Assembly: GCA_051047955.1 (NCBI GenBank)
Contig: JBPGPT010000013.1
Coordinates: forward strand, 496,001-529,534
DNA: 33,534 bases
Direction of reading: 5' to 3'
Source: Cystobasidiomycetes sp. EMM_F5
Lineage: Eukaryota
A program made the position numbers and the translations under genes. Under the pieces are notes generated by a model. That model worked only from the letters and a program-made list of their open reading frames with translations, had not been told where the DNA came from and did no database searches. Numbering within the stretch: position 1 is the first letter of the stretch; each line of letters begins with the position of its first letter. Below are positions 1 through 9,140 of this stretch, in pieces.

Positions 1-1612
1 CATGTGCCTCGGTACTGCGCTAGGAGTTCCGTTGTTGATGGACGAAGGGGCATTCGTGTCAGATACGACAGACTCGGTGTCTCCGTCAGCTGCGGCGCCA
101 GCAAATGAGGAGAAGAAGCGAGACCATAGTGGTCCACCAGCAGCGTCCCCGCCCGCTTCGGCACCAATTGATGAGACCTGGCGCGTTGTGAGCCCAGGAT
201 GCAATCGATAAAGTACACGCAGACATACCTGCTCCAGAGTGGCATAGGTCAATTTGAGCACATCTACACAGCCCACGAGCGTCCCGTCTTCTTCCAAGAC
301 TGGCAGATTCAGGAAACGGCCATCTGTAAATGACGTGGAGCTTAGCAAGCTTGCCATATTACATTGGCTGCCGTGTTGCTCACCGTTCATCTTGCGCAAA
401 GCTTGCTGTATGCTCAGAGTAGGCAGACCGGTGTCTGGATGAGGGGTCATGACCCGCACGACCGAGCATGTCCTTGCTTCCAAGCCCGCTGCAATCACAC
501 GCAGCACGACGTCCTTGCTCGTAAAGATGCCGGCCAGCTTGCCGCCATCCTCCACGACACATACGGCAGTGGTGCGGTTGTCTCGCATAAGTTTAGCAGC
601 TTCCCGTACCGAGGTCTTGACGGATACGGTAACAGCTCTTGTACGGGCGTCGAGAATGCTGCCGAGATCAGGAAACGACATTTTTTCGCGTAACGCTTCG
701 ACGTAGCTCATCAGACCGTGTGCGCCACCAAATCCACCAGAGTTGTTGGGTCCCCATTCGGACTGGACGCCCTCGAGTGCGCTGTATAGCTTCTGCGATG
801 ATCCGTATGCCCTTTCCAGCTTCTCGAGGGATTCGTGAAAGACTTTGGTGATATCGAGTAGTCCAACGACGTCGCCTTCCTCGTTGCATACTGGCTGTTG
901 ATGGCCTGTCAGACATGATTTGGGAACATTCAACACACGCTAGGAATGCCCACCAAATGCCTGAAGTGCTTTTGCACCATTGTTTGCAGCGCATCCGTCG
1001 CAGACGTTGTGTCTCGCGTGACCATGGGATTCGGCGTCATGATCTGGCTGACGGGTGTGTTACGGGGGTCCAGACCCTCGCCGACGACTCGGAACGCGAG
1101 ATCCTTTGCAGTGAAAATCCCGCAGAGATGTTCGTCGTCGTCTACTACCAGTACGCAGTCTGTCCGCTTTGCCGCACACAGCTGCGACGCGTCTGCGACT
1201 GAAATGTGCTGGGGAACGGTAAGGGCCGGTGTCGGCCGCAGTGCGGATACTGTCCCGGCTTGACGTGCGCTTGAAGATCCACCAACACCACCTGCTCCGC
1301 GTCTGCTGGCATTGCCGGGCGTTGCTGAGCCTCTGGACTGCGGTGGATCTGGACGCTTTGGTGTTCCGCCTCGTTTTCTCTCCAAGTCGGCAGCAATCTT
1401 CTTGCGTATGGCCTGGATGGCACCTCATACGTTAGCACTACTCGTCGTCGTCGTTGGTTTCAGCTTGTCCCGGTCTCTTTTGCCCACCTCATCGCGGCGA
1501 GTCTGCCTCTTTCGACCATCCTAAAGTCGTCGAATAGGGTATATTCCATGCTCAGTTGTGCTCTACAGCCTCGTCTGCCATCGTCCATCCAACTCACAGA
1601 CAGCGTAGACAT
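1..1612 (-). CDS. CBS-domain protein (fungal tandem-CBS, probably CBS/PB1 family); 3' end runs off the window start
   Basis: Spliced model: exons 1612-1598 (MSTLS), 1520-1488 (DGRKRQTRRDE), 1412-954, 894-~229 and ~177-<1. CBS-type motifs seen: 'ASQLCAAKRTDCVLVVDDDEHLCGIFTAKDLAFRVV', 'IMTPNPMV', 'HFRHLPVCNEEGDVVGLLDITKV'. The PB1 domain is not seen and would lie outside the window. Confidence 0.85.
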
Positions 1613-1832
1613 TGTTGCAGGTCGACTTGGTTGGAGCTGATCCACGTCTCAGGAACGCGGAAACGATAAACAGGATATCATTACATGGTTCAAGACAACG
1701 CTGAAATGACTATGTGAAGTTAAGCCTGCTCAAAAAAAGGTTGTGAATAGTCTGACGAAGGGATATACTCTGGACTAATCTCCGGTTAGACTGAAGTGAC
1801 TGCCAGTTGCGGGGAATCGGGACACCGGACCA

Positions 1833-2409
1833 TCAACGCGACATCGTCACCATTCGTCTCTGGCCGTGGACAGTAGCCGTAGAAGACGGACATCCTTGTA
1901 TGGTGACAGTTTGAGCAGTTGCCGTGGTATTTGGCGGAACACGGAAGCCAGTGGCCCATCTGTACGATATGATTAGGTATACAGCTACTGATGAACACTA
2001 CATCCAGAACACTCACCCGTTGGCATCATATGCAAAGACAAATGCGCACACGGGCTCTTTGAAACCGGTGTCGCAGCACATACTGTTTGTCAATTGGAAC
2101 AGAAAGATCAGCCATATCCAGTCAAGACGGTGATCCCACCGCACGTCTGGCACAAATATAAGTCAGCATGTATCGAGATCTCGCACTTCAGATCAGCATG
2201 CTCACATCCTCAATGACGCCGCAAGCATCCCCCGTATCTTCGTCCTTTAGCCAATGTTGGCAAGTCACGCTGTCGCCGTTACCGAGGTGGCCGAGACCGC
2301 GGTCTGTCTGGCCCGATGTATAACAATACTTGTCTGCTCGGCTGAGCTGTGTCAGCATGGTGATGCAGCCCACAAGCAAGACGGAGATGAATCGCATTCT
2401 GGAGAGCAT
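1833..2409 (-). CDS. Small secreted cysteine-rich protein, paralog A (~132 aa)
   Basis: Exons 2409-2206, 2146-2145 (AC), 2082-2017, 1959-1833. Signal-peptide-like start MLSRMRFISVLLVGCITMLTQLSRA; core C-x20-C-x12-C-x7-CC-x8-C; Thr-rich tail. All introns are GT-AG. Confidence 0.75.
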
Positions 2410-3258
2410 TGTGTTCCGTGTAAGAGCGTGTGCGTTGTGCGAGAAGAAGGCGAGGGGTGTGCTGTATAGTGTGCGTGATTCCCTGTCTTGGTGAATGCGA
2501 TGAAAGAAGAAGCAAGACTCCGTGACTGCCATGCATATTTGGAGGCTGGCCACATGTTGTCATAGACGATTGCAATGCTCGGAAGACGAGCGATATCTGA
2601 AGATGCTGTACAAAGGACAGTGTGAAAAGTCGCGTGAGCACCGACTGCTTGCCATACCGTTGTCCAGTCTTGTGAAATCCTTACGGAGCTGAAACAAGGG
2701 AGCCAGATCCTGCGGTGAAACATTGAACAGAGGGTGATGTTGAGGCCGCACACACCCGCATTGACTTGGAGGAGAATTGGAAGTGTCATGGAAAGAGTTC
2801 ATCATGAAATTAATATGTCTGCATGAAAATTTGACTCCAGCGCCAAAATCAACAACTTTCGTCATACTGCTCACGCACACGCCAACGTATACGTTCATCA
2901 CAATATCGGAATCGCAAGCGGTACAAAGGAACAGCAGGATACTTGCAAGACTGCCCCTAGTCCTTGTTGGGCGCAAAAGTCTCGAAGCCGAACCAGTGCT
3001 ACGGTCCAGAGCCCGAAAATGGACGGGGAAAGGATCGGTTGGGTTGAAACGATGTGTATTGGCATTAGAGTCTCAGTAAGTGTGTATCTATAATGCTAGT
3101 GAATCTCATATCAGTTCAATGCAGCCCCGTAAGGCGCACTAGCCAGTGGGCGTCCTTCATGGAATCTACTGCGTGATTTTTAGGCTCACGAAGCTTCCCT
3201 CGACATTCGATCGCTCTAAGCCTCCCTGCTCCGTGCACAGCACCGACAGGTGGAAGAG

Positions 3259-3919
3259 CTAGTCATCAGCGTCCAGACGCTTCTTCCGGTTTCTCGATCC
3301 GCAGCACGCGGCCGTAGTCGTTTTCGTTACTGTAGTAGTCGATACGATCGTCGTCCCTGGTAATGTTGTAGTAATCGTAATCGCTGGTAGTGTCTTCGTA
3401 ACTTCTACGGGCTTGGGCGCTGGGAAGTGTGGACCGTCGGCCCACCTGTGGTTCTCTCAGACGATGTGACGATCGACGCAGTATCATGACTCACCCATCA
3501 GCATTGAAATGGAAAGCAAGGAAGCAATACGGGTCTTTGCTGGCTCTATCGCAGCATAGCCTGGGGCCAAACTTCCCAATTCAGCCCATGGATCAATCCC
3601 ATAAGTGCTTATTGCAAGACGCTCACGTCTAAGAGATCTAGTCAGCACATACGCATGCATGACTTCGCGTTGTTGAGCTTACATTGCCATCCCCATTACA
3701 GCTTCCCTGAATGTCGTTGTCGAACAGAAAATGCGTACAAGTCACGGGCTTACGCGTGTCGTGATTGAGCCATCCATGTCCACCGTCTTGATCGTTTGTT
3801 CTATCGAAGCAGTATCTGTTTTGTCCAGGATTATCATCACCGTACGCCGAGTGCGTCAGAAAGCTCAAAGCTGACACAAGGACGCAGGCGAAGACACGAG
3901 TCGAGCCTCGGTAGAGCAT
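3259..3919 (-). CDS. Small secreted cysteine-rich protein, paralog B (~163 aa)
   Basis: Exons 3919-3683, 3628-3627 (AC), 3560-3495, 3445-3259. Signal peptide ending ...HSAYG, then NRYC...TC...SCNGDGN-T-LCCDRASKDPYC, a Thr-rich stalk and the tail CCGSRNRKKRLDADD*. Confidence 0.8.
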
Positions 3920-4432
3920 TCCAGGGCAGTGGGCTAGTGAAGGTGTGGGGGTTATGTGATGTGATTGTGATTATGATTATGATTGTGCGTGTACGTGTAG
4001 TGTCAGTGAGCGTGGAGTACTGGGCGCGTAGGTGCGAGTCCAGACTGAAATTCTTTGCGCGTTTGCAAAAAGCAAAGCTACAAGGACATCCTGACGCTCA
4101 GTCATGGCAGATGACTGGTACGAGTAGCAGTGTAAGCTGTGCAAAAGTCTTGAGAGATGCCGGCGCCACTCCGCATGTCTCATTTGCCTTTGTTGACTCG
4201 AGAGGCCGGACACCGCACATGGCCTCATGACCAGATGCGGGGTGGAGTGATGTGAATCGATGATGTGAGGGAGTCAGCGACATGATCAGCAGTGTGTGTA
4301 CGCGCAATGAGTCAACGTGGCAACGCGCAGTGAGACAATGTAGCCAAACCCATTCCGAACGTTGCAAAAGCCGCAGAAACTGACGCACTGTCCGTGTATC
4401 GATTGTGATTATGTTTACTCACAAGTGAAAAG

Positions 4433-5092
4433 TTAGGAATCAGCGTGCATACGGTTTTTCTGGTTCCTCCGTCTACAGCACGCTGCAGTAGTCGTTTTCG
4501 TTACTGTAGTAGTCGATACCATCGTCGTCCCTGGTAATGTCGTAGACACCGTAACCGCTGGTAGTGTTTTCGTGACTTCTACGGGCTTGGGCGCCGGGAA
4601 GTGTGGACCGTCCGCCCACCTATGGCGCTCTCAGATGGGTTGACGATACTTCAGTAATTATCACTCACCCATCTGCTTTGAAATGAAACGCAAGGAAGCA
4701 ATACGGGTCTTTGCTGGCTTGATCGCAGCATAGTCTAGGGCCAAACGTCACAATTAGCCTCAAGTTCGATCTCCTGAGTGCTCATCGTCAGACGCTCACG
4801 TCTGAAGACGCTAGTCAGCACATGACCATACATTGCGGTGAGTTCCTGAGCTTACATTACCTTCCCCATTACAGCTTCCCTGAACGTCGTTGTCGAACAG
4901 AAAATACCGACAAACCGCGGGCTTACGCGTGTCGAAATTGTAGTATCCGTGTCCACCGTCTTGATCGTTGATTCGAGAATAGCAGTAGCGATTTTGCACG
5001 ACACTATCGTCTCCGTACACCGAGGGCGTCAGGAGGCCTAGAATTGCAGCGAGGACGCAGGCGACAGCACAGGGCGAGCCTCGGTGTAGCAT
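4433..5092 (-). CDS. Small secreted cysteine-rich protein, paralog C (~163 aa)
   Basis: Exons 5092-4856, 4801-4800 (AC), 4734-4669, 4619-4433. Exon lengths are identical to paralog B (237/2/66/187) and many differences are synonymous; ends CCRRRNQKNRMHADS*. Confidence 0.8.
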
Positions 5093-5771
5093 GTTAGGGG
5101 CGTGAGATAGTAGTAGTGAGTGGGTTATATGTGTGTGACTGTGCGTGTACAAGTGCTGCTAGGGAGCGTGGAGTGTTAGGCTGGCAGGTGAGAGTTGCGA
5201 CCAAAGATTATTGCGCGTTTGCAAAAAGAAAGCGACAAGGAGATATTGACGCTCGCAAATGGTAGATGAGTGGTGCGGGTAGCTGTGTAAGCTGTGCAGG
5301 AGTCTTGAAAGATGCCGGCGCCACTCCCCACGTCTCATTTTGCCTTTTCTTTGACTCGGGAAGTCGGACACCGCACATGGTCCCATGACTAGATTCGGTG
5401 TCAAGTGGTGAGAAATTGGTAAGTATGAATTGTCAGTGAGACGATGAGGAGTGCGTGTATGCGCGATAAGTTGACGTGGCCACGTGGAGTGAACTAACGT
5501 AGCCAAACCCCTTGGTAACATTGCAAGAGCCGCAGGACTCTATTCTACTGTCCGCGTATCGATGACGATTGTGCATGATCACAAAGACCATTCATCGGAA
5601 GCAGCCCGCAACTTTGGAAATGTGCAACGCTGCCCACAGAGAATACAAATCCTTTGACAAACTTAGCGTACAAGATGCAGGGAAGAAGTCTGCCGCAAGC
5701 GGATAGCAAACAAAGCCGAAAGTGGTGAAAGTGGTACGGCTATCAGACTTGCAACGCAGGCGTCCTGTGCC

Positions 5772-6478
5772 TTAATCGTTGCAACGATGACATGGTGTAG
5801 ACGATGTACGAAGCTTCCTGAATCTGGTGGTAGTCGTCGTCTTAGTACAGAAAGTTGTCGTTGTCGAGATAGCGCTTGTTGTGGTGACCGAGGTCGTGGT
5901 CGCCAGGACCGTGGTAGGAACAGTTGTGATGATAGTCTTTTCCACATTTGCTGCCGTGTGTAATGGCCCTGTGGCAGCACCGCTGAATACGGAGATCAGC
6001 GCATTTCATCTATCTAGCAGCATGGGAGTTCCGCCTACTTGTTGTCAAAAACATAGAGCAATCGGCAGAAGTCTACTTCGGGTGCTTGGTCACAGCAGAG
6101 TGTCTGTGCACATGAACGTCAGCGTTGGCACACGACAACGGCGCATTCAATGTACGTCGCCAGTATCCTTGTCGCTGTTATTCCCGAGACATATCACTGC
6201 TGGGTTCGGCGCGTTGAAGTTCTTGAAGAGCGGAAATCGGCAGACTGCGGATGCTTTGCTATATAGTGTACCCTTGCCCCCGTCTGCGTCACTATGGGCG
6301 AGTTGATGTTACAGCAGGACTACAAAGTCAGCTTAGAAAGACGTCCGATCATCAGTGCAATTTACGAATTGCGTGTATAACAATAAACGTTGGCAGCGGA
6401 TGCCAGTGGCAGGAAGTACCCAACTAGACCAGCTAGAATGGCTGCGCGGATGGCATGAGAGTCCGAGCCAAAAGGCAT
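5772..6478 (-). CDS. Small secreted cysteine-rich protein, divergent paralog D (~174 aa); absent from the ORF track
   Basis: Exons 6478-6366, 6291-6156, 6103-6039, 5982-5772 give MPFGSDSHAIRAAILAGLVGYFLPLASAA-NVYCYTRNSDADGGKG...AVCRFPLF...IC...TLCCDQAPEVDFC...Thr-rich...PCHRCND*. Shares the YC, DGG.G, AVCR..LF and TLCCDQA motifs with paralog C. Confidence 0.75.
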
Positions 6479-7982
6479 TGTGGAGACAGAGGCGAATAGT
6501 GGTATGCTTGCGGCTGAGGCGGGCGAACTTGAAGATGACTATGGAGACAAGGAGACCTAGCACTGCTGGGCGACTTTGCAGCTGGTTTCGGGCGGGGCGA
6601 GGTTTGTGCGCTGCAGACCGCTGCAGGGCGCTGACCGTCACGCGGATGCTGGTCACGCGGCGGAGTGTCGCCAAGACATCTGAGAGGCAGGCTTTGTGGG
6701 CTTATTCTTTACCGTCCGGGCAAGCGTTGTTATTATCCTCTCCGCCTAACAAGTCAGCCGTACCCATCCAGTAACGGAGTTAGTTGACACGCAGGCGCTT
6801 AGTCGAGTCAGGTCAGCTTTTTAGTGATATATAACAACCAAATCAGACGTTAGCGATGCCATTAGTTGTTAACACGGTTAGCCGTGCCTTCATATTTTGC
6901 AAAAATTTCCGCCAATAGGCTCTGATCTGCTCAACTCCACGCCAGAGTCGGACAGAGGGCCAACTTACGATATAGAATCGTGCACACACAGGAAGCACAG
7001 AGCTGCGACAGGGTTGCGACTGCGACCCATGCTGCGGCCTTCGCTGTCCTCTATGGATTCTGGAAAAGTCCCCCGACAAATCCTTAACCCTACAGGCCAG
7101 CGCAGCGAGAGGAGTGGATATCGAGGCTGCTAAAGTGACTTGCAGTCAAAGGAAAGCGCCCGTCCGTTATAACGACGAGGTTTGCGAGCACCGACGCAGC
7201 CTACGGTCCACTACTCGCAAAATTCGTTTACGAGGGCAGCGGGGTCTAACACGCCACGACGAGCGACTCTCCGCAGTGATGAGAGACGCTTAGACTGCTG
7301 CACCCGCTTTCCCTCGTTCGCGCTGGTCTTTGGCAATCTGCCGTCTGCCGAATAGCTCCGAATCGTGTCCAGTCTTTGATGCTGCCATATCCCTTCGACG
7401 AGCGAAGATACGAGCTGTGGACATTGAAGGAGGCGGTATCGAGCTGGACGGCATAGGCAGTGTGGGCTCGCACCATCCGCCAATGCAAGATTCGATGAAG
7501 CCGGACGTTTAGTCGATGTTGGCATTCGTGTCGAGGTCGGCTGATGCAAGCAAGACATTCCGTTCGTCATAGCCGAAACGAGTCATTCTTGCGAATGACC
7601 AGGCAACAGCATAGTTATGTTGGCCGGCACCAGTGTCTGTCTATGACAGACGGTGTGTCATCTCAAGGGGGCTTATTCCTGCTCGACTCTGGGTGGAGCC
7701 TGAGTGGGCATAGAGACAGAGCATCGACTTGCTGGCTGTCTGAGGACGTTTAGCCCAGCGTATCCGATACTACACACGCTCGGTGTGCTGCGACTACAGT
7801 GTCTATGGGCAGCTGCAGTCGTTTGTTTATCCTCTCCTCTCCTCTTTCACACCTCCCACACCACACGATGAAACCAATTGACAACATTATGAATTTCTTC
7901 ATCCAAGAGGGCTGTAACACGCTCCTCTATGCGGATTAGAACATTTCAGAGCTTTTTAATCCTGATTGGCGTCTCTCCCTTT

Positions 7983-8017
7983 CCCCGCTTTCCCCAGACT
8001 ACCCCACATTTCCCCGC
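7983..8017. promoter_or_regulatory. Four phased SYGGRG-like (CreA/Mig1-type) boxes upstream of the hydrophilin gene
   Basis: CCCCGC (7983), CCCCAG (7992), CCCCAC (8002) and CCCCGC (8012) are all reverse complements of SYGGGG and start 9-10 bp apart. Confidence 0.4.
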
Positions 8018-8182
8018 GTCCAGACGTTGACCGATTCCCAAGTCGCGTCCAACGCGACATGACGCGACGCGACTGTTTGGGCTGATTTGTCATCCGTTAG
8101 TGCCATCGACGATGCGGAGTTTTCCAGATCGAAGGGGGAATGACGCGACGGCGATCCATGTAAATGATTAGTCATCATGATG

Positions 8183-8190
8183 TATATAAA
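8183..8190 (+). promoter_or_regulatory. TATA box
   Basis: TATATAAA about 110 bp upstream of the ATG at 8299. Confidence 0.55.
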
Positions 8191-8298
8191 CACCAAAGTC
8201 TGCTTGAATCGCTTCTTGCTTCTGTTCTTTCCAGACGAGCAACAAGCAATCAACAATTGCATTTGAAGACTACTCCCAATCCATTACAACACTCCAAC

Positions 8299-8782
8299 AT
8301 GTCCTCCAACGCAGACAATATCCAAGACGGCAAGCACGTCAAGTCTGACGGTGAGGACTGGTTGGATGAGGCATATCGACGCGTTGCTGATGAGTACTAT
8401 GCACACAGGCACCCCAGACATGCGATACAAGGAAAACAGAGACGACAGCACCGTCGACGAGTCTTCGTCCGCCGGCGAGGGTCAGGGCAAGCCAGCTGGA
8501 CAAGGCACTGGCACCAACGAGCACGGCGAGGAAGTCCCTCTGACGAAATCGGGAGAGCCAGACAAGGTATGTCGTGATGATGACATATTGCGGAAAGGGT
8601 CTATCCTGACCCCTTTTGCCACACAGCGCTACTCGAGCAAGCATGGGTGAGTCCAACATACGCTCAAGTACTCTGGCACGACACTGACATGGTGCTACAG
8701 CTTTGGAGGTGACCGCGAGGAGGCATCACGCCAGGGACAGAAGGGTGGAAAGACTGGCAACAATGACGATGACGACGAGTAA
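8299..8782 (+). CDS. Small hydrophilic stress/spore protein with a KGG motif (Con-10/GsiB/LEA-like hydrophilin), ~103 aa
   Basis: Exons 8299-8350, 8409-8566, 8627-8646, 8701-8782 give MSSNADNIQDGKHVKSDGTPDMRYKEN...LTKSGEPDKRYSSKHGFGGDREEASRQGQKGGKTGNNDDDDE*. F..DRE.AS..GQKGG is a KGG-repeat signature; the protein has no Cys or Trp. Confidence 0.8.
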
Positions 8783-9140
8783 ACCCTCTCACATCCATCG
8801 CAAATACCCAAGCAATCATGAGGCGCTGTAGACTCACATACGTTGTCATCAGCTTGAGCTTAATCATCATCAAACGCATCAATGCAGTAGTGTCGTTCAC
8901 TCATTCCGCGTGGTTTTGGCTTGTTTTTGCAACCTTCCCAGCGTGCCTTTCGCAAAGCAACTGCGTCAACACTGTTTGGGGAGTGGGTGAGCCACGAACC
9001 GCAAGTGCTGCAACAGACTTCGTACGTGAGATTGGCAAGACAACAAACCTTTACTACGATACCCAAAGTCCAGCTTCGGTGGCAATTCTCCGCTTTTCCA
9101 AGGTCACCATGTCTAGCAAGAAAATATCTGTGTAGAGATC

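Larger units (their letters stand above)
3259..5565. repeat. Tandem duplication of a ~1.15 kb unit (gene plus upstream region): ~3259-4410 and ~4433-5565
   Basis: Alignable by eye across exons, introns and upstream blocks, e.g. ttgcgcgtttgcaaaaag at 4055/5211, agatgccggcgccactcc at 4155/5310 and cggacaccgcacatgg at 4207/5365. Confidence 0.9.

Noticed and set aside
3266..3487. ORF with an acidic Tyr/Asp-rich product (DYDYYNITRDDD...)
   Set aside because: It is an alternative frame of the Thr-rich last exon of paralog B; B-versus-C substitutions are largely synonymous or conservative in the Thr-rich frame.
3955..3990. (RTGATT)n short repeat
   Set aside because: Simple degenerate microsatellite upstream of paralog B; not a CRISPR array or structured element.
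5827..6306. 159-aa Val-rich + strand ORF
   Set aside because: Antisense shadow of the Thr-rich exons of paralog D.
1833..6478. Hydrophobin assignment for the Cys-rich array
   Set aside because: The conserved core has 6 Cys (C-C-C-CC-C), not the 8-Cys C-CC-C-C-CC-C hydrophobin pattern; the tail cysteines are not conserved across all copies.
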